Source of the DNA: Pedosphaera sp.
Lineage (GTDB): Bacteria > Verrucomicrobiota > Verrucomicrobiia > Limisphaerales > SIBH01
DNA length: 22,931 nucleotides
Assembly: GCA_031414955.1 (NCBI GenBank)
Contig: JANOQV010000021.1
Span: forward strand, 1-22,931
Direction of reading: 5' to 3'
Of the stretch, positions 1-8,900 are shown piece by piece. The notes under the pieces are model-generated. The model was given only the letters and a program-made list of their open reading frames with translations, was not told where the DNA came from and ran no database searches. Position numbers and translations under genes: made by a program. Numbering within the stretch: position 1 is the first letter of the stretch; each line of letters begins with the position of its first letter.

Positions 1-10
1 CAGACGTATC

Positions 11-150
11 TACTGAGGCTCGTGCCATAGAATGACGGAACGCCGAGCATTGCTCGGCACAAAGGGGCGGCGTTCCACTCATGCCGAGCAATGCTCGGCG
101 CTCCTTCTACAGACACGCCGGTCGCATCATGGCTGTCACGAGTCTCAGTA
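11..150. mobile_element. MITE-like nested inverted-repeat element with an internal REP-like doublet
   Basis: Outer arms TACTGAGGCTCGTG (11-24) and CACGAGTCTCAGTA (137-150) are 13/14 complementary and end in TA. Inner arms 37-59 (GGAACGCCGAGCATTGCTCGGCA) and 82-104 are 22/23 reverse complements, and each is itself a palindrome (GCCGAGCA-N-TGCTCGGC). Confidence 0.6.
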
Positions 151-948
151 ATCACGCCCTGGGGAATGGTTCAGGACGCCATGTCCGTTTACGAGAATGC
201 TCCTGGCGATGGCCTTAAAGATGAACTGTTTTCCTAACTGCACGGCGCGCGGCAAGGAAAGGCCCCGCGCCAGATAAGCCGTAATGGCAGCCGAGTACGT
301 GCAGCCTGTCCCGTGCGTGCTCACGCCGCGAATGCGGGGACTGCACAGCATTAACTCAGTGCGCCCATCGTAGAAAATATCAATGGCCTGCGTGGTGTCA
401 TGCAGATGGCCTCCTTTGACCAGAACGGCGCCGCCGAATTGTTGGTGCAGTTCGCGCGCCGCCCGACGCAACTCTTCCGGCTGACGAATCGTCCAGCCAA
501 GCAGCGCTTCGGCTTCCGGCACGTTGGGCGTCAGGAGCGTCGCCAGGGGCAGTAAGTCGCGGGTCAGGATGCGCCGGGCGTCCGGCTTGAGCAGGCGCGC
601 GCCGCTGGTGGACATCATCACGGGATCCACGACCAGCGGCCCGGGATGTCGGCGGAGCCAGTGCGCCACCACTTCAATGATGTCGGCGGAGAAGAGCATC
701 CCCGTCTTCACCGCCCGCGGCGGCAATTCGGCGAACACCGCTGCAATCTGCGCTCGCACCAGGGCGGCTGAACACGTTTCGACTTTGGTGATCTGTTTTG
801 GATTTTGGGCCGTGATGCAAGTGATGGCATTGGTGCCATGCACGCCCAGCGCCGCGAACGTCTTCAAGTCCGCCGGCACGCCGGCCCCACCGCCGCTGTC
901 CGAGCCGGCGATGGTGAGGGCCACGGGGAGTTCTTTTCGTTTCCGCAT
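145..948 (-). CDS. thiD: Hydroxymethylpyrimidine/phosphomethylpyrimidine kinase
   Basis: ALTIAGSDSGGGAGVPADLKTF, VKTGML, VVDPVM, LTPNVPEAE, VLVKGGH and THGTGCTYSAAI are canonical ThiD motifs. ATG at 948 preferred over the TTG at 960. Confidence 0.95.
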   Translation of the reverse strand: MRKRKELPVALTIAGSDSGGGAGVPADLKTFAALGVHGTNAITCITAQNPKQITKVETCSAALVRAQIAAVFAELPPRAVKTGMLFSADIIEVVAHWLRRHPGPLVVDPVMMSTSGARLLKPDARRILTRDLLPLATLLTPNVPEAEALLGWTIRQPEELRRAARELHQQFGGAVLVKGGHLHDTTQAIDIFYDGRTELMLCSPRIRGVSTHGTGCTYSAAITAYLARGLSLPRAVQLGKQFIFKAIARSILVNGHGVLNHSPGRDY

Positions 949-1260
949 CGGCCCACTCAATCAGGAAAGAACCCAGATGCACATGGATTCCGACGAACGT
1001 GCCGGGTGGGGTGAGGTCGTGGTGCGATCATCCCGCCCCAGTATGATTCGAGGAACGTGGGCCGGGCAGGCGCGCCGAGCGAAGCCCGGCGCGAAGGACA
1101 ACGGCGCTCCCGCACTCGATGGATTGAGTCCCGATTGGTCGCGTGACTTGCTCCGCCTGACCCGCCGGCAAATCCTCATTGCATGGTCGGGGCGTCGGGA
1201 GAAGAATCCGCGCTCGTTCCATGCACAGCCAACGCCACCTATGAACCAAGGATTTAACCT

Positions 1261-4200
1261 ATGAGAATTGTTTTGCTCGCCTGTACGGCCGCTCTGGTCG
1301 TTGCGACCACCCAGGCGGCGGAAACCATCGCCGCCCCCACGCGACTGTTACGCCATCCGACCTACTCCAACGGCAAAATTGCCTTCAGCCACCTCGGCGA
1401 CCTCTGGCTGGCCAACGACAATGGCTCCGACGTGCGACGGCTCACCGACCATCAGGCGCGCGATGTGTATCCGCGCTTCTCGCCGGATGGGAAGTGGATT
1501 GCCTTCTCGTCGTCGCGCCACGGCAACAGCGACGTGTTCATCATCCCCGTCACGGGCGGCAAGCCGCGCCAGCTTACCTTTCACACGGCGGACGACACGG
1601 TGGCGGGCTGGTCCCCGGATGGGCGAAAAATTGTTTTCGTTTCCTCACGCGGCAAGGGTGCGTTCCCAAGTGTGAGCACGCTCTTCGAGATTTCCGCCGA
1701 GGGTGGCATGGAGCAATCCATCGCCACGGACTGGGGATCGTCGGCGAGTTATGCGCCGGACGGAACCAAACTGGCGTTCACACGCCATCCGGGTGGCTGG
1801 ACGCGCCAGCATTATCGCGGCGCTTATGCGACCGACCTCTGGCTCATGGAGGTGGCGTCGAAAAAGTTCACCAAGCTCGGGGACGCGGATTACAAGGGCA
1901 ACTATCTCTGGCCGATGTTCGGACGCAACGGAGACATCTATTTCGTCGCCGATCGTTTGCCGGGCGACACGGAGAAGTCGGTGAAGTTTGGCGGGCCGGA
2001 GGTGATGAAGAGTGTTTACAACATCTGGAAGATTTCCGAACGCGGCGGCAAGCCCCAACAGATCACCCGGCACACCAGCGGCAACCTTTCTTTCCCGAGC
2101 ATGTCGGCGGACGGCAAGACGATCGTGTACGAGGAGAACTTCGGCCTGTGGAAGCTCGACGTGTCGAGCGGCAAAAGCTCTGAGGTTCGCATCCATATCG
2201 ACTCCGACGTGAAGGACAACGAGGTCGAGTGGCGCTCCATCGTCAGCGAGGCTGAGAGCTTCAGCCTGTCGCCCTCGGGCAAGCGCGCGGCCATGGCCAC
2301 CCGTGGTGAAATCTTCTCCATCGCCACGGATCGCGGTGAGGTGCAGCGCGTCACGGAAACTTCCTGGCGTGAGCAGAACCCCCGCTGGTCACCGGATGGC
2401 AAGCGCATCGCCTTCATTTCGGATCGCAGCGGGCGGGAGGAAATCTGGCTCGCCGACGAACGCGGGCGGAACTTAAAGCAGGTCACGGACGTGGACTGCG
2501 ACAAGGCGACGATGCTCTGGGCGGCGGACTCGAAGGCGCTGCTCTGGACCGGATCGGATCACAAGCTGAGGCGGGTGTTCATCGAGGACGGCAAGTCGGA
2601 GGAACTCGCTTCGAGCGAGGTGGGCAACATCGGTACGCCGCAGATTTCGCCGGATGGAAAATGGCTTTCGTACTCGAAGCAGGATTCGTTGCTCCGCTCG
2701 CACGTCTATGTGAAGCCTCTCGCGGGCGGCGAGGAGCGCAAGGTCGAGGGTGAAGACTTCCTCATGTCCAGCGGGGCCAAATGGACACCAGACGGCAAGA
2801 AACTGCTGTTGCTCGGCGGCGTCGGCGCGCCCGGCATGGCCTCGCTCAATCGCACCACCATGCAGCTTTACAGTGTGGCCCTCACCCGCATCGAAAAGAA
2901 TCCAGATGATCGTGACGTGGATTCGGAAGAGCAGGCGGCTGGCCCGCCGGCGACTTCGACCATCCGCCGTGTTTCCTCCACCAACAGCGCGGCAGCCGAT
3001 GACAACGGCGACACCCCGCGTCGCACGAACACGACGGCTTCGGCCAAGGTGCAGGTGAAGATCGAGTGGGACGGAATTGATCGGCGCATCAAGAAGCTCA
3101 CCAGCGTCGCCGGTTCGGTGTCGGGCGTGGCCCCGTCTCCGGACAGCAAGACGTACGCATTCATCGCCAGTGGCGCGGAAGACGATGGCACCGGCGGTGG
3201 TCCGGCCCTTTACACCGTCGCCGAGGACGGTTCGCGGCTCACCCGCCTTTCGCAAGCCGCGGTCGAGGCCTCCAGTGAATCCACCCGGGGCCGCGGTTTC
3301 GGCGGCGGCCTTGGCGACCCGCAGTGGACCAAGGACAGCCGCAACATTTACTACCTGCAAGGCGGCGGCATTTATTCCGTGGGCGTCTCCTCCGCTCCGG
3401 CGGGTGACAGCGGCCCGTCGGCGACGAGCAACACCCTGGGAGGCCGCAGTTCTCGCGGGAGCACGACGGTTGCGACTGCACCGGCCGGCGCCTCGACCTC
3501 CACGCCGCGACGCATCTCCTTCACCGTGCGGCTTGAAGTGGATGAAGCCGCCGAGCGGCATCAAGTCTTCGAGGAGGCGTGGCGCGTGATGAAGAACCGG
3601 TTTTACGATCCCAAGATGCACGGCGTCGATTGGACGGCGGCGAAGAAGAAATACGAGCCACTGCTCGCCCACATTGCCGACTCGGATGAATTGCACACCG
3701 TCATCATGCAGATGATCGGCGAGTTGAACGCCTCGCATACCGGCGTCTCGGGCGGGGGGCGCAGCGACGGCTCGGAACGGGTTGCGACACGCTACCCCGG
3801 ATTTGATTTGGAGCCGGACTCGGCGGGTCGTTACAAAATTTCCCACATCTACAAGAAAGGCCCGGCGGACCACGACTACGTGAAGCTGGCGGCGGGCAAC
3901 TACATTCTGGCTGTGAACGGCAAGCCGTTGAAGGTGGGCGACAATTATTGGAAGCAGTTCAACCTGATCCCCGGCCGCAAGTTCGAGTTCAGCGTCAACT
4001 CGAAGCCGGAAACCGAGGGCGCGTGGATCGTGAGCCTGGAGCCGCTTTCTGGCACCACCCAAAGCAACCTCGACTACGAGCGCTGGGTGAATGATCGCAA
4101 GGCGATGGTGGAGAAACTCTCCAAGGGCGACGTGGGCTATCTCCACATCCGCGCCATGGACGCGGCCTCGTTCCGCAAGTTCCAGCGCGACCTGCTCGAC

Positions 4201-4677
4201 TTGCGCGGCAAGAAGGCGCTCCTCATCGACCAGCGTTTCAACGGCGGCGGCGGCATCGATCAGGAACTGCTGGAGATTTTGAACCAGCGCACCAAATACC
4301 AGACCTGGCGCGGACGCGGCTCGGTCGAAGTGTCGCGGCCGGTGCAGGCGTTCTTCGGCCCGATGGTCGTGTTGCAGAACGAGCGTTCGGCCAGCGACGC
4401 GGAGATGTTCCCGGACGGCTTCCGCAAGCTCGGCCTCGGCAAGCTCGTCGGCGTCCCGACCATGGGCGCGGTCATCGGCACTGGCTCGTATCGTTTGATG
4501 GACGGTTCATCCATTCGCACCCCCGGCTTCGGCGTCTTCACCGCCAGCGGCGAGAACCTGGAGAATTACGGCGTGCCGCCGGATGTCTTTGTGGACAACG
4601 GCCCGGAGGATTTTCTGGCCGGACGCGACCGGCAGATTGAAAAGGCACTGGAGGTTTTGCGAGTGGAGATCAAATGA
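1261..4677 (+). CDS. Tricorn-like peptidase S41 (signal peptide, PD40/WD40-like propellers, PDZ, S41 catalytic domain)
   Basis: N-terminal signal peptide and repeated P-x-(F/W)SPDG(K/R)-x-IAF blades. Also FEEAWRVMKNRFYDP, GELNASHTG, VGYLHIRAM, IDQRFNGGG, SASDAEMF (catalytic Ser) and ENYGVPPDV. Confidence 0.93.
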   Translation: MRIVLLACTAALVVATTQAAETIAAPTRLLRHPTYSNGKIAFSHLGDLWLANDNGSDVRRLTDHQARDVYPRFSPDGKWIAFSSSRHGNSDVFIIPVTGGKPRQLTFHTADDTVAGWSPDGRKIVFVSSRGKGAFPSVSTLFEISAEGGMEQSIATDWGSSASYAPDGTKLAFTRHPGGWTRQHYRGAYATDLWLMEVASKKFTKLGDADYKGNYLWPMFGRNGDIYFVADRLPGDTEKSVKFGGPEVMKSVYNIWKISERGGKPQQITRHTSGNLSFPSMSADGKTIVYEENFGLWKLDVSSGKSSEVRIHIDSDVKDNEVEWRSIVSEAESFSLSPSGKRAAMATRGEIFSIATDRGEVQRVTETSWREQNPRWSPDGKRIAFISDRSGREEIWLADERGRNLKQVTDVDCDKATMLWAADSKALLWTGSDHKLRRVFIEDGKSEELASSEVGNIGTPQISPDGKWLSYSKQDSLLRSHVYVKPLAGGEERKVEGEDFLMSSGAKWTPDGKKLLLLGGVGAPGMASLNRTTMQLYSVALTRIEKNPDDRDVDSEEQAAGPPATSTIRRVSSTNSAAADDNGDTPRRTNTTASAKVQVKIEWDGIDRRIKKLTSVAGSVSGVAPSPDSKTYAFIASGAEDDGTGGGPALYTVAEDGSRLTRLSQAAVEASSESTRGRGFGGGLGDPQWTKDSRNIYYLQGGGIYSVGVSSAPAGDSGPSATSNTLGGRSSRGSTTVATAPAGASTSTPRRISFTVRLEVDEAAERHQVFEEAWRVMKNRFYDPKMHGVDWTAAKKKYEPLLAHIADSDELHTVIMQMIGELNASHTGVSGGGRSDGSERVATRYPGFDLEPDSAGRYKISHIYKKGPADHDYVKLAAGNYILAVNGKPLKVGDNYWKQFNLIPGRKFEFSVNSKPETEGAWIVSLEPLSGTTQSNLDYERWVNDRKAMVEKLSKGDVGYLHIRAMDAASFRKFQRDLLDLRGKKALLIDQRFNGGGGIDQELLEILNQRTKYQTWRGRGSVEVSRPVQAFFGPMVVLQNERSASDAEMFPDGFRKLGLGKLVGVPTMGAVIGTGSYRLMDGSSIRTPGFGVFTASGENLENYGVPPDVFVDNGPEDFLAGRDRQIEKALEVLRVEIK

Positions 4678-4698
4678 GAGAATTTCTGAGTGCAAAAG

Positions 4699-4726
4699 TT
4701 GAATCAGCTAACTGACCCATTACAAT
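4699..4726 (+). promoter_or_regulatory. Putative sigma70 promoter for the islet genes
   Basis: TTGAAT (4699-4704), 16 nt, then TACAAT (4721-4726), 13 nt upstream of the ATG at 4740. Confidence 0.4.
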
Positions 4727-4739
4727 CGGGGCAAATATT

Positions 4740-4928
4740 ATGGATACATCCAAATTCTTCATGGACGCCGCCAGCGCCTTCAATTCGGCAAAAAACCAAG
4801 GTGCAAACCGTGACCTGAGCAATCTCGCCGCTGGATTGATTGAAATGTCGGAAGGATTACGTCAGCTTGCGTTGCAGGTTCACAACATTGAGGCAAAGCT
4901 TGAACACATGGACAAATCACCCGAGTAA
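4740..4928 (+). CDS. Small hypothetical protein (62 aa, predicted helical)
   Basis: ATG ORF fills the gap, has a candidate promoter and ends 10 nt before the next gene. No family recognised. Confidence 0.5.
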   Translation: MDTSKFFMDAASAFNSAKNQGANRDLSNLAAGLIEMSEGLRQLALQVHNIEAKLEHMDKSPE

Positions 4929-4938
4929 ATTCACGCAA

Positions 4939-5838
4939 ATGTGCCGCACGGTTTTATTCCTGATTCTCAGCAGCATTCTCTGCACGATTCGTGCAGCGAC
5001 TACTACCACGATTGATGAATCGCTTGCCAAGCAGGCGATGAGTGGAGATGCCGAAGCTCAATGCCTGATGGGAACATTTTATCAAAATGGCATCGGCGTT
5101 CCGGTGAATTACGAGAAGGCTGTTGAGTGGTACAAGATGTCCGCCGCAAAGGGAAATCAAAGAGCGCAACTGTTCCTCGCCTTTGCATTTCAAAATGGTT
5201 GGGGAGTCAAGAAAGATGACGCTGTTGCCGAGCGGATAATTCTCAAGCTCGCGAATGAAGGATTCCCGTTAGGACAGAGGGCCGCAGGTACGGAATTTGT
5301 GCTGAAGTATGTCCGCGACCAACGTGCTTACCTCGAAAGACACTTTGGATGGTACGGCGGGGCAGTCCCAGGCATCGAAACCAATGCCATCGAGGCTTAC
5401 AAATGGTACTCGTTGGCGTCGGTCGCAAAACAAGAATCTGCTGACAACGAACGCCTCAAAATAGAAAACGAGATGAATCCGGAGTCGATTCAGATCGCCC
5501 AAAGACTCGCTGCTGCGTTTAAGCCGGTGCAGGCGGTTCCGCTGGATTTAATTCAACAAGAAAAGGACGAACGTGAACGGCTTGCCAAAATTGCAGCCGC
5601 TCGTGTCGTCGAACGTAACCGCATCAACGCTGAAACAACCGCACGTGTCATTGCATGGAATGAGCAGCAAGCGTCGAACGGGAACAGCTACGCTAAGTTT
5701 AATCTCGGCGTCCGCTATCTAAATGGTGATGGCATTCCGACGAATCGCATTCGTGCATTGGAACTCCTGCGCCAGTCTGCCGCGCAAACCAACACCGATG
5801 CCATCAAGCTGCTGGAAAAACTTGGAGTGCCGAAGTGA
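4939..5838 (+). CDS. Exported Sel1-like repeat protein
   Basis: Signal peptide MCRTVLFLILSSILCTIRAA. Sel1 repeats GDAEAQCLMGTFYQNGIGVPVNYEKAVEWYKMSAAKG, GNQRAQLFLAFAFQNGWGVKKD and GNSYAKFNLGVRYLNGDGIPTN; also an EAYKWYSLA motif. ATG 4939 chosen over TTG 4840. Confidence 0.85.
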   Translation: MCRTVLFLILSSILCTIRAATTTTIDESLAKQAMSGDAEAQCLMGTFYQNGIGVPVNYEKAVEWYKMSAAKGNQRAQLFLAFAFQNGWGVKKDDAVAERIILKLANEGFPLGQRAAGTEFVLKYVRDQRAYLERHFGWYGGAVPGIETNAIEAYKWYSLASVAKQESADNERLKIENEMNPESIQIAQRLAAAFKPVQAVPLDLIQQEKDERERLAKIAAARVVERNRINAETTARVIAWNEQQASNGNSYAKFNLGVRYLNGDGIPTNRIRALELLRQSAAQTNTDAIKLLEKLGVPK

Positions 5839-5882
5839 GTAGAACAGAATTTCTCAAAAGCATTCTCGCCTGGACGCCCTAA

Positions 5883-5981
5883 TCCGAGCTGTTCGTGGAC
5901 AACACGCCCGAAGCTTTCCTCGCCGGCCGTGACCGGCAGATCGCGAAGGTGCTGGAAGTTCTCGGCGCCGAGATGAAGTGA
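5883..5981 (+). pseudogene. Orphan duplicate of the last 32 codons of the S41 protease gene
   Basis: Translates SELFVDNTPEAFLAGRDRQIAKVLEVLGAEMK* versus PDVFVDNGPEDFLAGRDRQIEKALEVLRVEIK* at 4579-4677 (22/32 identical, no gaps, same stop position). Preceded by an in-frame TAA and has no start codon. Confidence 0.88.
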
Positions 5982-5987
5982 CGCAAT

Positions 5988-8900
5988 TCACGCTGCGTCG
6001 CCTGAAGTGCGGCTTTCAATCTGTTTCATCCTTGGCTGGCCCGCGCGCAGCACGCGCAGCGAAAAGCCACGGCCATTCTCGAACGGCTCGACGGTCGCGG
6101 TGACTTCCAGCACCGGATAACGCACCGTCGCCAATCCGTAGTTTTTGTAAGTCTGGGCGAAGAGTTCGGTCTCGACGATGCCTGTCCAGTCGGCCAGCGA
6201 GAGGAACTTCATCGGCTCGCCGGTGATTTGATGATGCGTGCGCTGCTCGACCACCAACCCGCAGGTCACGACCGTTTCGCCGACGTGCTCACCCAGTCGC
6301 GCCACCGGGCAATAGGTGTCCCACGCCACATCGGAGAAAAGCTCCAGCGGATGGCCGCTCACGGCGTAGCCGAACAATTCCGTCTCCGCTTCCAATCGCT
6401 CGCGGCGCGTTGGTTCGCGAAGAAAGTCAGAATGTTCAATGAAGAATGTTGAGGCGGGGTTACTGGTTTCGCCGAAGTTGAATTCTGCATTCATCATTCT
6501 TACTTCTCCCTTCCTCACCAACTGCGCCTGCCAGAATTGCTGGGTGCGCGTTTGACCAAATTCATCAAAGCCGCCGGCACGAATCATCACTTCCATCTCC
6601 TCGGGCGATGGCTGCACGCGCTGGTGGAAGTCGGTGAGTGAAACGAACAGAGCTCGTTCGCGTTCGGCGAGCAGACGCTTCATCGTGCGATCGGTCAGTC
6701 CCTTGGCGCGCGTCAGGGGAACGCGAATCGCGGCAGGAATTGAAACGGGTTGAATGCAGAAGGCAGCAGGTAGGGCGTCGCTGTCCTCAGCGCGCCGGGG
6801 TGAGGCGTGAACAGTTCTTGCACGCATTGCCGCAGCGTGGCCCGGCGCGGTGAGGACACCGCGCCCTACCTGCGTCCCGTCTTCCGTCGATTCTGCCTTC
6901 GGCCTTCCGCCTTCTGCCTTCACCTTGAACCCCGGCCCCGGTTCGTTGACCGACGGTGGCAGGAACTTCAACCCGAGCCGGTAGCTCTCCAGCACATAGA
7001 CCAGCGGGTCGTAGAAGCCTTTGCCGTTGCTCAGCACGGCGGCCATGAACTCCGCCGGGTGGTTGAGTTTGAGCCACGCCGATTGATATGCCTCGACGCC
7101 GTAGGCCGTGGAGTGCGCCTTGCAAAACGCGTAGCCGGCGAACCCAGTCACCAGCCTCCACACTTCCTCGATTTTCTCCGTCGTATGTCCGCGCGCGGCG
7201 GCGGACGCGATGAACTCCTGGTGAATCTCCGCAATGGTCGCGCGCTTCTGCTTATTCAACGCGCGGCGCAACACATCCGCACGTCCCGGCGGCAGGCCCG
7301 CGAAAGCCTCGCAGATTTGCAGGATGTGTTCCTCATAAACCACCAGCCCGAACGTGTCGTTTAACACCGGCTCCAGCGACGAATGCGGATAGGTGATGGG
7401 TTCAAGCCCCTGATAGCGCCGGGTGAAGGCGAGCTTTTTGCCTTCGTTGGCCGCACCCGGACGGATGACGCTGACGATGGCGATGAGCGTGTCTATGTCG
7501 CGCACGTGGCACTGCCGGCACAAGCCGGTCATGGCCGGGCTTTCGATGTGATGCACCGCGCGTCCGCCGCCGCTGGAGATCATGTCCCAGATTTGCGGGT
7601 CGTCGAAGGCGGAGTTGCTGGAGGGAAAATTGGAATGACGAACGTCGGGTTTCGTCATTCGGCCTTCGTCATTCGTCATTTGTTTCACGTCGCGCATCAC
7701 CGCCAGCCCGCCTTGCGCCAGCACGTCCAGCTTCACCAGGCCGATGGCTTCTACGGCGTCCATGTCGTAATGCGTCGTGACGTAGCCTTTGTGGGCGATG
7801 AACGTCGTCGTCAGTTCGAGCATCGGCTGGCGCGAGAGCACTACGCCGCACGGGTGCATCTTCGGGTAACGCGGGAAGCCATCGAGAAATTCACCCATGT
7901 CGAGTGCGGTCTTGAACGGCTCCTCGTCCAGCGGCAGGTCGCGGTTCTCCGGGCTGGCGAGGAGCAGTTCGCGCAGGCCCGCGCCGCCCATCGGGGCTGG
8001 CTGATCCGGCACCCAACCGTCGCCGAAGCCCCACGGAAAATGTTCGGTGAAGCGCCGCACTTCGCGCTCGGCCACGCCCAGCACCTTGGCCACTTCGGCG
8101 AAGGCGCTGCGCGCCTGGAAGGTCGAGAAGCCACCGACCACGGCGCAATGCGCGCGGCCATAGCGGGCGAAGATGAGGTTCACCACGTCGTCCTTCCGGT
8201 CGTGCGGGAAGTCGATGTCGATGTCGGGCAGTTTGTTCAGTGCCATGCGCTCCTCGTTCAGGAAGCGGCGGAAGTAGAGGCCGAAGCGCACCGGGCACAC
8301 GTCCGAGATGCCGAGGCAATAGCACACCAGCGAATCCGCCGCGCTGCCGCGCGTGATCCACTCGATGCCGTGCGCGCGGCAGTCCTGGAGGATGTTCCAC
8401 ACGACAAGGAAGTATTCCTCATAGCCGACGGCGCTGATGATGCGCAGCTCCTGTTCAATCTGCGATTTGCGATCGGCGATTTGAGATTCGGGATAGCGCC
8501 GCCGTGCGCCATCCATCACCAGCTTGTGCAGGAACTCGTGCGCCGTGGAACCATCCGGCGGCACGAAAGGCGGGAACTGCGGTTTGCCAAAAGGCATTTC
8601 AAACTGGCAGCGCGCGGCGATTTCGATGGAGTGCGCAATCCACTCGGGATGTTCCCGGCACGCCTCAGACATGGCCTGCGGCGGGCGAAAGTGAAAGCGC
8701 CCGTGGCGATCCTTCTCCGGATGCTCTTCGCGCAGCAGTGTCAGCGTGCGGATGGATTGCACGATGTCATACTTCGCCCGGTCGCCGGGCGTGGCGTAAC
8801 GAATCGACGGACAGGCCACGACGGGGAAACGGCCCGCCGCGTTTTGCTTCGCCGCCAATTGGTAGAAGCGGCCGGGGAACAGCTCGGCGAGGCGCGGGTC

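Noticed and set aside
37..104. CRISPR array
   Set aside because: Only two units, in inverted orientation, with no cas genes.
949..1260. TPP riboswitch upstream of thiD
   Set aside because: The conserved CUGAGA and associated core were not found on the minus strand.
2935..3510. Ser/Thr/Gly-rich insertions in the S41 protease as repeat-derived elements
   Set aside because: Low-complexity protein linkers with no 7-nt periodicity or inverted structure seen.
2473..4146. 557-aa minus ORF, and similar long overlapping ORFs (7383..8933, 11996..13465, 14103..15200)
   Set aside because: They overlap well-supported genes in antisense and have shadow-like composition typical of high-GC DNA.
5833..5842. 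AAGTGAGTAG, matching the right half of the lexA palindrome
   Set aside because: Half site only, spanning the Sel1 gene stop and not in a promoter; probably chance.
4679..5854. AGAATTTCT occurring shortly after both the protease stop and the Sel1 stop
   Set aside because: Only 9 nt and does not coincide with the duplicated-segment boundaries; insufficient as a target-site duplication or attC.
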